Shown here piece by piece: positions 18,133 to 25,643 of a stretch of 60,218 nt of DNA (positions within the stretch are counted from its first letter, which is position 1; every line of letters begins with the position of its first letter). Source of the DNA: Acidobacteriota bacterium (GTDB lineage Bacteria > Acidobacteriota > Vicinamibacteria > Vicinamibacterales > SCN-69-37); contig JBLNGH010000279.1 of the NCBI GenBank assembly GCA_050264575.1, positions 1 to 60,218 on the forward strand, read 5' to 3'. Both the position numbers and the translations under genes were made by a program. The notes under the pieces were generated by a model that was not told the DNA's origin, did no database searches, and was given only the letters and a program-made list of their open reading frames with translations.

Positions 18133-18770
18133 AGGAGCGCGTCCACGAACGCGTACACCGGCCGAATAATCAGGCTCAGCACGCCGGTGAAGAGCAGGAG
18201 ATACAGCAGCAAAAAGCCCCACGGCCGTAGCTGAACGAGCCGCGCCGCCAGCGGGGTCGGCAAGACGCCGATCGCCACGTTGCCGCCATCGAGGGGCGGA
18301 ATCGGAATCATGTTGAACACGGCGAGCAGGACGTTCGTCACGATGGCGGTCTCGAGGATGTTGCCGACGCGTCCGATCGTGAACGGCGTCGCGCCGCCCG
18401 GATAGATCAGGAAAAAAACGATCGAGAAGCCGGTCGCGAGCACGAGATTGCTGATCGGGCCGGCCGCCGCGACGATGGCGAAGTCGCGCCGGGGCGCGCG
18501 CAGATTCCGCATGTCCACCGGCACCGGCTTCGCCCAGCCGATGAGCGGCGCGCCGGTGGTCATCGCAATCAGCGGGAACAGGACAGTGCCGATCCAGTCG
18601 ATATGCGCCAGTGGATTGAGCGTCAAGCGACCTTGGTTGCGCGCCGTGGGATCGCCGAGACGATAGGCGGACCAGGCGTGCGCCGCCTCATGAAAGGACA
18701 GCGACAAGATCAGGATGACGAGCAGCGGAATCAGGACGTCGAGCGGCGGCAAGCGGTCAAACTGTACCAT
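18123..18770 (-). CDS. Site-2 protease family (M50) membrane metalloprotease
   Basis: HExxH motif (SFHEAAHAW), a polytopic profile, and NMIPIPPLDGG. Confidence 0.85.
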   Translation of the reverse strand: MVQFDRLPPLDVLIPLLVILILSLSFHEAAHAWSAYRLGDPTARNQGRLTLNPLAHIDWIGTVLFPLIAMTTGAPLIGWAKPVPVDMRNLRAPRRDFAIVAAAGPISNLVLATGFSIVFFLIYPGGATPFTIGRVGNILETAIVTNVLLAVFNMIPIPPLDGGNVAIGVLPTPLAARLVQLRPWGFLLLYLLLFTGVLSLIIRPVYAFVDALLWA

Positions 18771-18776
18771 CTAAAC

Positions 18777-18838
18777 TGGAATCTGAAATCTGGAATCTGC
18801 AATCTGATCGGGGAATCGGGCAATCGGGGAATCTGGAA
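18777..18838. repeat. Direct low-complexity repeat of AATC(T/G)G(G) words, about 8 units
   Basis: tggaatctgaaatctggaatctgcaatctgatcggggaatcgggcaatcggggaatctggaa fills the uvrC/protease spacer. Confidence 0.9.
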
Positions 18839-18842
18839 ACCC

Positions 18843-20774
18843 TTACGCGCCGCCGAAATGTTTGATGACGGCGTCCGCCGTTTTCGCCCCGACCGCGGCT
18901 TCGAGCTCCTGACGGCTCGCGCGCCGGACGCCGGCCACTGATCCGAACGTGGTCAGGAGCTGCTTGCGTCGCCGCGCGCCGATGCCGGGGACATCGTCGA
19001 GCGCCGACCGGAGATCGCGCCTGGTGCGGGAGCGGCGGTGGAACGTGATGGCGAACCGGTGCGCCTCGTCGCGAATCCGCTGGATCAATCGAAGCGCGCT
19101 CGACGCCCGCGGCAGCGCCAACCCCTCGACGCGATCGCGTGTGAAGAGCAGTTCTTCCTGTTTCGCGATGCCGACAGCCACGAGCCGATCGAGACCGACT
19201 TCACGCAGCGCCGCGTAAGCCGCCGTCAGCTGTCCCTTCCCGCCGTCGATCAGAATCAGGTCGGGGAAGGGGCCGCCGTGCTCGAGCAGCCGGCGGTATC
19301 GGCGAAAGACGACTTCATGAATGGCCGCGAAGTCGTCGGGAATCGATCTATCGATCGATCGCTCTATCGATCTATTTAAGGGCATCGTGTCAGCGTTCGG
19401 GAGCCGGACCTGCTTTTCGACAGGATGATCTTCACCAGATCGATAGATCGATGGATCGATAGATCGATTCAATCCTCTGATCTTGAATTTCCGATACTCG
19501 CCTTTCTTCATCCGGCCTTCGACGGCGACGACCATCGACCCGACCGTCTCGCTGCCCTGAAGGGTCGAGATGTCAAAGCATTCGATGCGCCTCGGGAGCG
19601 AGGGCAGCGCCAGCACCTCGCGGAGCTGATCGAGCGCTTCGAACGCGGTGCCCTCGCCTTCCGCGAAGTGCGACTGGTAAGCCAGCGACGCGTTTCTCGA
19701 CGCGAGCGACAGCAGACCCCGCTTGTCGCCGCGGCGCGGGACCTGGATCCGCACGCGCCGGCGCGCGCGCGCGCTGAGCCAGCTCTCGATCGCGTCCCGG
19801 TCCTCCGGCGGCAGCTCGGACGGCAGATGCACTTCGGGGGGAGGCTCGCGGTCCGCGTAGAACTGCTGTACCGCCGCCGTCAGCACATCGGTCTCCGAGG
19901 AGGCGGTGTCGCGGTCGGTCAGGAGCTCGCACCGGTCTACCACCCGGCCCCGACGGACCTGAAAAATCGTCGCGATGGCCCCTGCCGAGCCGACCTTGAC
20001 GCCAAAAGCGTCGCGATCGCCCATCGCCGGCGTCTCGACGGTGTTCCGGCGGTCGCGGACGGTCTCGATCGTGCGGATGGCGTCACGGAGATGGGCGGCG
20101 CGCTCGAAGTGCTCCTCGCCGGCGGCCGCCGTCATCTCGCGCTGGAGGTTGCGGATGAGCTCGTCCTGGCGGCCCTCGATGAGCAGCCGCGCCTGCTCGA
20201 CCGCGTGGCCGTACCGCTCGATGCTGCAGATCGTCTCCACGCAGGGCGCCAGGCAGCGGTGGATGTCGTACTCGAGGCACGGACGATCGCGCCGGCCGTC
20301 GATGATCTCGTTGCACGACCGGATGCCGAAGAACCGGTGAGCCAGGCTCATCGTCCGGCGCGCGACCGCGGCCGGCATGAAGGGGCCCGCATAGACGTTC
20401 CCGTCCTTCTCGACCCGCCGGGCGACGAGCAGGCGCGGCGCCCGCTCCGTGGTCGTGAGCTGGAGATACGGATACGTCTTATCGTCGCGGAGCAGGACGT
20501 TGAAGCGCGGATTGCGCTGCTTGATCAGCCGGTTCTCGAGGGCGAGCGCCTCGACGACGGAGTCGGTGACGACGTACTCCAGCGACGCGGCGTCGCGCAG
20601 GAGCGCGTCGTGACGCGGGCTGATCCCCTTCGCGCCGAGGTACGACCGCACGCGATCGCGAAGCACGCGGGCCTTGCCGACGTACAAGGTCTCGCCGGTG
20701 TCGTTCAGGAAGAGATACACGCCCGGTTGCTGCGGCAATCGCGCGATGCGGGCCTTGAGATCGTCAATCGCCAT
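18843..20774 (-). CDS. uvrC: Excinuclease ABC subunit C
   Basis: GIY-YIG motif (PGVYLFLNDTGETLYVGKA), UVR domain, ECFDIS...LILIDGGKGQL, and a C-terminal (HhH)2. It carries a 43-aa in-frame insertion (next feature). Confidence 0.95.
   Translation of the reverse strand: MAIDDLKARIARLPQQPGVYLFLNDTGETLYVGKARVLRDRVRSYLGAKGISPRHDALLRDAASLEYVVTDSVVEALALENRLIKQRNPRFNVLLRDDKTYPYLQLTTTERAPRLLVARRVEKDGNVYAGPFMPAAVARRTMSLAHRFFGIRSCNEIIDGRRDRPCLEYDIHRCLAPCVETICSIERYGHAVEQARLLIEGRQDELIRNLQREMTAAAGEEHFERAAHLRDAIRTIETVRDRRNTVETPAMGDRDAFGVKVGSAGAIATIFQVRRGRVVDRCELLTDRDTASSETDVLTAAVQQFYADREPPPEVHLPSELPPEDRDAIESWLSARARRRVRIQVPRRGDKRGLLSLASRNASLAYQSHFAEGEGTAFEALDQLREVLALPSLPRRIECFDISTLQGSETVGSMVVAVEGRMKKGEYRKFKIRGLNRSIDPSIYRSGEDHPVEKQVRLPNADTMPLNRSIERSIDRSIPDDFAAIHEVVFRRYRRLLEHGGPFPDLILIDGGKGQLTAAYAALREVGLDRLVAVGIAKQEELLFTRDRVEGLALPRASSALRLIQRIRDEAHRFAITFHRRSRTRRDLRSALDDVPGIGARRRKQLLTTFGSVAGVRRASRQELEAAVGAKTADAVIKHFGGA
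19341..19469. repeat. 129-nt palindromic low-complexity (ATCGAT-word) element inserted in frame in uvrC
   Basis: The arms at 19341-19373 and 19437-19469 are 31/33 complementary (aatcgatctatcgatcGatcgCtctatcgatct). A 63-nt spacer separates them. The element encodes NRSIDPSIYRSGEDHPVEKQVRLPNADTMPLNRSIERSIDRSI, which lies between KIRGL and PDDFAAIHEV. Confidence 0.85.
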
Positions 20775-21603
20775 GGGCTACGATCCGGCCGGGTTTCCGG
20801 TTGGCCTTCCTCGGACTCCGACCCTCGTGACATTTACCGGCGCTGTCGGGAAAGCGTTCAATTTCCCGCTGCGACTGATCATCGCCGCGTGCGTCCGGCT
20901 CCGGATCCATCCAAATATTCTGACCTTCACCGGGGTCCTCATCAACATCTGGGCCGGCTGGCATCTGGCGCACGGCGAGTTCCACATCGCGTTCTGGATC
21001 ATGCTCGGCGCCAACGTCTTCGACTTCATCGACGGCAAGGTCGCGATGGAAACCGGCAAGATGTCGAAGTTCGGCGGTTTCTGGGATTCGGTGATCGATC
21101 GATTCTCCGACCTGGCGCTCTCGGTCGGACTCATCTGCCTCTACTCGTCGCTCGGGCGCACCGACTACGTGCTCATCACGTCGATCGCGATGGTCTTCGC
21201 GACGATGACGAGCTACACGCGCGCGCGGGCCGAATCGCTCATCCCGAAATGCAAGGTCGGCTTCATGGAGCGGCCGGAGCGCATCGTGCTCTTCATGATT
21301 GGCGCGGTCACCAACCGCATGGCCGCGGTCATGTGGGTCATCGGCGTCCTGTCGATCGTGACGGTGATCAACCGCATTCAGTACACGTATCTCGAGCTCA
21401 ACAACCGGCCGCAGCCGCGGCGGTCGGGGGTCATCGGCTTTTTCGTCCGCGCGTTCTACTGGACCGACGAACGCGCCACGCTGCCGTACGACCTCTGGGT
21501 CATCGCCATTCTCGCGTTCGTCTGGCTCACACCGCCCGACTGGCTCGGCGATCCCATGGCCGTCGGCCAACTCGGACTTTTCCAGTACCTGGCAGGGCGA
21601 TGA
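20773..21603 (+). CDS. CDP-alcohol phosphatidyltransferase family protein
   Basis: DFIDGKVAMETGKMSKFGGFWDSVIDRFSD (DG..A..8..G...D...D-type motif) and multiple TM segments. The ATG at 20773 overlaps the uvrC start; a downstream GTG (about 20827) is possible. Confidence 0.78.
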   Translation: MGYDPAGFPVGLPRTPTLVTFTGAVGKAFNFPLRLIIAACVRLRIHPNILTFTGVLINIWAGWHLAHGEFHIAFWIMLGANVFDFIDGKVAMETGKMSKFGGFWDSVIDRFSDLALSVGLICLYSSLGRTDYVLITSIAMVFATMTSYTRARAESLIPKCKVGFMERPERIVLFMIGAVTNRMAAVMWVIGVLSIVTVINRIQYTYLELNNRPQPRRSGVIGFFVRAFYWTDERATLPYDLWVIAILAFVWLTPPDWLGDPMAVGQLGLFQYLAGR

Positions 21604-22739
21604 CGACGCTGGCCGGTTCGCGGATCGGCCGGCGCCAGTGGCTCGCCGCCGCGACGCTGCCGGCCGCGAGCGCGATCCTGAGCGGGTGCGCCAGCCGCGC
21701 CGCGGGGGCGCGGCCGGCTGCCACCGCCGGGTGGCTGCCGGATCACAGACGATTCGCCCGCGTCCGGGTCAGCCCCGACCGGGTCATTCGGACCGTCGTC
21801 GGGCTGCGGCCGTTCCGGCGTGCCGGATTCCGGGTCGCCGTCGACAAGATCGACGACAAGGTCGTCGTCCACAACTACGGGCACGGCGGAGGCGGAGTGA
21901 CCCTCTCGTGGGGCACCGCCGATCTGGCAGCCGAACTGGCGCTTCAATCGGGCCTGCGCCGCTTCGCGGTCATCGGGTGCGGCGCCGTCGGGCTCGCAAC
22001 GGCGCGGCTTCTGCAGCAGCGCGGCTGCCGCGTCACGATCTACGCGAAAGACCTGCCTCCGAACACGACGTCGAACGTCTCCGGCGCCCAGTGGGGGCCG
22101 TTTTCCGTCGTCGACCGCGACCGTCGCACGCCGGAGTTCATGACCCAGTTCGTGCGCGCGAGCCGGTTTTCCTATCGCTACTTCCAGAATCTCGTCGGCG
22201 AGCGGTACGGCGTCAAGTGGATCGAGAACTACGTCCTCTCTGACGAGCCGTCCGCGCCGGCGCCGCAACCCGAAGTGGAAGGCCTGCTGCCGGAGTCACG
22301 CGAACTGCGCCCAGGCGAGCATCCGTTTCCAGCGCGGTACGTGCGAATGTTTGCTTCGATGTTCGTCGAGCCGCCCGTCTATCTCCCGGCGCTCGAGGAA
22401 GACGTCCGGCACGCCGGCGCCGGGATCGACGTCCGTGAAATCCGCGATCGCACCGAGCTGGCCAGCCTGGCGGAACCGGGCGTCATCAATTGCACGGGCC
22501 TCGGCGCGCGAGCGCTCTTCAACGACGAGGAGATGCTGCCGATCAAAGGGCAGCTGCACGTGCTGTTGCCGCAGTCCGAAGTGGATTACCTGGTCCTGGC
22601 GCCCGACCTCTACATGTTTCCGCGGCGCGACGGCATCCTCCTCGGCGGGACGTTCGAGCGCGGCGAGTGGTCACTCGAGCCCAACCACGACGCCGAGAAG
22701 CGCATTCTCGAGGGGCACAGCCGGATCTTTGCTTCTTAA
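21600..22739 (+). CDS. D-amino-acid-oxidase-like FAD oxidoreductase with a Tat signal, a lipobox and apparently permuted segment order
   Basis: RIGRRQWL twin-Arg motif and LSGC lipobox. VVHNYGHGGGGVTLSWGTA precedes the Rossmann motif FAVIGCGAVGLATARLL. An ATGA overlap links it to the upstream gene. Confidence 0.8.
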   Translation: MTTLAGSRIGRRQWLAAATLPAASAILSGCASRAAGARPAATAGWLPDHRRFARVRVSPDRVIRTVVGLRPFRRAGFRVAVDKIDDKVVVHNYGHGGGGVTLSWGTADLAAELALQSGLRRFAVIGCGAVGLATARLLQQRGCRVTIYAKDLPPNTTSNVSGAQWGPFSVVDRDRRTPEFMTQFVRASRFSYRYFQNLVGERYGVKWIENYVLSDEPSAPAPQPEVEGLLPESRELRPGEHPFPARYVRMFASMFVEPPVYLPALEEDVRHAGAGIDVREIRDRTELASLAEPGVINCTGLGARALFNDEEMLPIKGQLHVLLPQSEVDYLVLAPDLYMFPRRDGILLGGTFERGEWSLEPNHDAEKRILEGHSRIFAS

Positions 22740-22757
22740 GTTCGAAGTTCGAACTTA
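22737..22757. terminator. 21-nt near-perfect palindrome taagttcgaaGttcgaactta between convergent genes (TTCGAA word family)
   Basis: It equals its own reverse complement except at the central base. It starts at the oxidase stop codon and ends 8 nt before the tdk stop. Confidence 0.6.
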
Positions 22758-22764
22758 GGCTGTC

Positions 22765-23331
22765 TTACCCCTGACCGAGGCTTGGATCGAAACAGTGCCG
22801 GCAGCGCGCTTCGTACGTGCCGGACGCGCCGACGAGTACGCGCTCTTTCGAGGCCACGAGGCGCTGGGTATGGTTGGCCGGACCGCCGCAGACCATGCAG
22901 ATCGCGAGCGTCTTCGTGATGTACTCGGCCGTCGCCAGCAGCTGGGGCATCGGCTCGAACGGCTTGCCGAGGTAGTCCTGATCGAGTCCGGCCACGATGA
23001 CGCGCTTGCCCTGTCGCGCCAGTTCGGCGCACACGGCCGGGAGCTCGGCATCGAAGAATTGCCCCTCGTCGATCCCGACCACTTCGGTGTCCGCGCGGAC
23101 GCGTTCCGCCAGCTGCCGTGAATTGCCGACGCTCTCCGACGGAATCTTCATCTCGCTGTGCGAGACGATTTCGGCGCTGCTGTAGCGATCGTCGATCGCC
23201 GGCTTGAAGATCTGCACCCGCTGCCGCGCAATCTGCGCGCGCCGCAGCCGGCGGATGAGCTCTTCGCTCTTGCCGCTGAACATGCTCCCGGTGATGACTT
23301 CGATCCAGCCGGATTTGGGGGACTGTTCCAT
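22765..23331 (-). CDS. tdk: Thymidine kinase
   Basis: P-loop [11 protein letters not shown] and a C-terminal zinc ribbon (CMVCG...CRHC). Confidence 0.95.
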   Translation of the reverse strand: MEQSPKSGWIEVITGSMFSGKSEELIRRLRRAQIARQRVQIFKPAIDDRYSSAEIVSHSEMKIPSESVGNSRQLAERVRADTEVVGIDEGQFFDAELPAVCAELARQGKRVIVAGLDQDYLGKPFEPMPQLLATAEYITKTLAICMVCGGPANHTQRLVASKERVLVGASGTYEARCRHCFDPSLGQG

Positions 23332-23333
23332 AG

Positions 23334-23440
23334 CAAACTTAGAACTCAGAACTTAGAACTCAGAACTTGAACTTCGAACCCGACAGGTGAACATCGTCGG
23401 GTTATTAGTTCTGAGTTCAGAGTTCTGAGTTCTAAGTTTG
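23334..23440. repeat. Compound inverted repeat: 34-36-nt AACT(C/T)AGA-word arms around an inner GC hairpin
   Basis: The left arm caaacttagaactcagaacttagaactcagaact pairs with the reverse complement of the right arm (32/34 match). The inner stem is acccgac/gtcgggt (23378-23402). The element lies between the efp stop and the tdk start. Confidence 0.85.
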
Positions 23441-23452
23441 TTCCCGTACTCA

Positions 23453-24016
23453 CTAGACACGTGACAGGTACTCGCCGGTTTCCGTGTTGATGCGGATGAC
23501 GTCGCCGGTGCTGATGAACGCCGGCACGCTGACGACCAGCCCCGTCTCGAGCGTCGCGGGCTTGACCTGCGCCGAGGCGGTGGCGCCTTTGATCCCCGGT
23601 ACCGTGTCGGTCACCTTCAGATCCACCGTTTGCGACAGGTGAATGCCGACCGGCTCCGATTCGTAGAACTCGATGTTGATGAGCGTTTCGGGCAGCAAGT
23701 ACAGCGCGCTCTCGCCGAGGATTTCGCGGTTGAGATGGACCTGCTCGTACGATGACGTGTCCATGAAGTGAAACAGATCGCCGTCGCGATACAGGAACTG
23801 CATCTCCCGCTCGTCCAGCGTCGCCCGTTCGACATCGTCTTCCGACCGGAACTTGTGATCGATCAGACGGCCCGAGCGGATGTCTCTCAGCCGGCTCTGG
23901 ACGTGGCCGCGCTTGTTGCCCGGCGTGATGTGGTACAGGTCGAGGACGCGATAGAGATTCGCGTCAAGCTTGATCAGCATGCCCTTGCGAAGTCTGGTGG
24001 CCTGAATGGAGCTCAT
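23453..24016 (-). CDS. efp: Elongation factor P family protein (atypical tip loop)
   Basis: LRKGMLIKLDANLYRVLDLYHITPGNKRGHVQSRLRDIRSG...GIKGATASAQVKPATLETG...GEYLSRV. Confidence 0.88.
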   Translation of the reverse strand: MSSIQATRLRKGMLIKLDANLYRVLDLYHITPGNKRGHVQSRLRDIRSGRLIDHKFRSEDDVERATLDEREMQFLYRDGDLFHFMDTSSYEQVHLNREILGESALYLLPETLINIEFYESEPVGIHLSQTVDLKVTDTVPGIKGATASAQVKPATLETGLVVSVPAFISTGDVIRINTETGEYLSRV

Positions 24017-24077
24017 AAGACGTGTTTTTCACGGTACTCCGAACTTCCCATCGTAACACGACCAATTTGCCGCTTTC

Positions 24078-24497
24078 ATGCGGAACCGCGGTAGTATCGT
24101 TCTTATGCCTTGGGATCCGATGCGCGACCTGCTCACCATGCAGGAGCGCCTCGAGAGCCTGTTCGGCCGGACGATGCCCGGTTGGGTGCCCCCGGTCGAC
24201 TTGTCCGAACTGACGGATCGATACCTGCTCACGGTCGAGCTGCCCGGCCTCAGCCGGGAGGACGTCCACATCGACTTTCTCGACGGCACGCTGACGATCC
24301 GCGGGCAGCGTCCGGGTCAGAGCTGCTGCCCCGAGCGGTATCAACAACTCGAACGCGGCCAGGGGCAGTTCTCACGATCGTTCCGGTTCGCGACGGCGGT
24401 GGACTCGGAGTCAATTTCGGCGGACCTGGCCGAAGGCGTGCTGACCGTCCAAGTACCGAAAGCCACAATTCCCGATCGCCGGATCGAGATCGCGTAG
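24078..24497 (+). CDS. Hsp20/alpha-crystallin small heat-shock protein
   Basis: Alpha-crystallin core PPVDLSELTDRYLLTVELPGLSREDVHIDFLDGTLTIRG...GVLTVQVPK. An alternative ATG at 24105 (MPWDPMRDLL) is at least as plausible. Confidence 0.85.
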   Translation: MRNRGSIVLMPWDPMRDLLTMQERLESLFGRTMPGWVPPVDLSELTDRYLLTVELPGLSREDVHIDFLDGTLTIRGQRPGQSCCPERYQQLERGQGQFSRSFRFATAVDSESISADLAEGVLTVQVPKATIPDRRIEIA

Positions 24498-24506
24498 GCC
24501 CAAGCC

Positions 24507-25640
24507 ATGGGAATCAAAACCGCTGCCGCCGCGCTCATTCTGGGCGGCTTCGTCGCCGGCATGGTCGTGACCGGCCGCTTCCACGTCACGGCCCCGAGCG
24601 TCGCGGCGCCCACACTCACAGATCAGGCGCGGCCCGCTTCAGTTCCGGCGTCCCTGCCGGCACCCGGTACGCTGCCCGACCTCTCGAGCGTCGCCGAACG
24701 CGCCCTCAAAGTCTCCGCGAACATTTCGTCGACGACGATCAGGCAGTTGCCGAACGATCCGTTCTTCCGGTTCTTGTACGGTGACCAGGCCCAGCAGTCG
24801 CAAAGCGTCGGGTCTGGCGTCGTCGTCTCGCCAGACGGATACGTGCTGACCAACACGCACGTGATCGGCTACGCCGGCGCCGACATACGCGTGACGCTGC
24901 CGGACGGCAAGGAACTGCCGGGCAAGCTCATCGGGATCGACGACATCAGCGATCTGGCCGTCGTGAAGGTGAACGCACAAAACCTGGATACGCTGCCGTG
25001 GGGCGACTCGAGCAAGCTTCGCGTGGCTGAGTGGGTCCTGGCGGTTGGAAATCCGTTTCAGTTGAGCGGCACCGTCACCCTCGGGATCGTGTCGACCGTC
25101 AATCGATCCGCCACGCAGGTCGGCGGCTTCACCGACTTCATTCAGACCGACGCCGCGATCAACCCGGGTAATTCGGGCGGCGCGCTCATCAACAGCCGCG
25201 GCGAGCTCGTCGGCATCAACACGATGATCTATACGGAGACGGGCGGCTACCAGGGAATCGGCTTCGCGATCCCGTCGAACATGGCCCGGCGGATCATGGA
25301 CGAGCTCAAGACCAACGGCCGGGTGCCATGGGGCTCGATTGGCAACATCCAGTGGATCCCGGTTGACCGGGCGACCGCGCGCGCGAACGGATTTGGCGAC
25401 GTGACCGGCGCGTATGTGCGAAGCCTCTACCGCAATTCGTCGGCCTATCAGGCGGGCCTCCAGCCCCGGGATCTCGTCGTGGCCGTGAACGGAGACCCGG
25501 TCACGGATCCCTCGCAGATTAACCGGGTCGTCACCGCTTCCAAAGTCGGCTCATCGGTGAAGCTGGAAGTCATCCGCGACGGGAAGCGCCAGACGCTCAC
25601 CGTGCCCGTCGTCAGCCGTCAGCAGCAGCGAATCAGGTGA
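24507..25640 (+). CDS. HtrA/DegP-family serine protease with a PDZ domain
   Basis: Catalytic triad contexts TNTHVI, DLAVVKV and GNSGGALIN. N-terminal TM anchor and C-terminal PDZ-like segment. Confidence 0.9.
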   Translation: MGIKTAAAALILGGFVAGMVVTGRFHVTAPSVAAPTLTDQARPASVPASLPAPGTLPDLSSVAERALKVSANISSTTIRQLPNDPFFRFLYGDQAQQSQSVGSGVVVSPDGYVLTNTHVIGYAGADIRVTLPDGKELPGKLIGIDDISDLAVVKVNAQNLDTLPWGDSSKLRVAEWVLAVGNPFQLSGTVTLGIVSTVNRSATQVGGFTDFIQTDAAINPGNSGGALINSRGELVGINTMIYTETGGYQGIGFAIPSNMARRIMDELKTNGRVPWGSIGNIQWIPVDRATARANGFGDVTGAYVRSLYRNSSAYQAGLQPRDLVVAVNGDPVTDPSQINRVVTASKVGSSVKLEVIRDGKRQTLTVPVVSRQQQRIR

Positions 25641-25643
25641 GAT

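Noticed and set aside
18777-18838. CRISPR-like array (also considered for 52428-52496 and 14897-14934)
   Set aside because: The repeat units are 7-23 nt and contiguous, with no unique spacers of CRISPR size. No cas genes are present in the window.
19341-19469. Intein or mini-intein explanation for the uvrC insertion
   Set aside because: It is only 43 aa. It has no Cys/Ser/Thr at the N-junction, no His-Asn plus nucleophile at the C-junction and no Hint motifs. The DNA palindrome explains it better.
19425-21599. First 2.2 kb of the 1104-aa track ORF 19425..22739
   Set aside because: 19425-20772 is antisense to uvrC, and 20773-21599 is out of frame with the phosphatidyltransferase. Only the part from the ATG at 21600 has a recognisable protein (Tat signal plus DAAO motifs).
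24017-24104. Heat-shock regulatory element (sigma-32-type promoter, CIRCE or ROSE) upstream of hsp20-htrA
   Set aside because: Only weak matches were found: ttcccatcgt resembles CCCCATNT but has no CTTGAA at the right distance, and TTGCCG-19 nt-TAGTAT has an over-long spacer. This is not enough to call.
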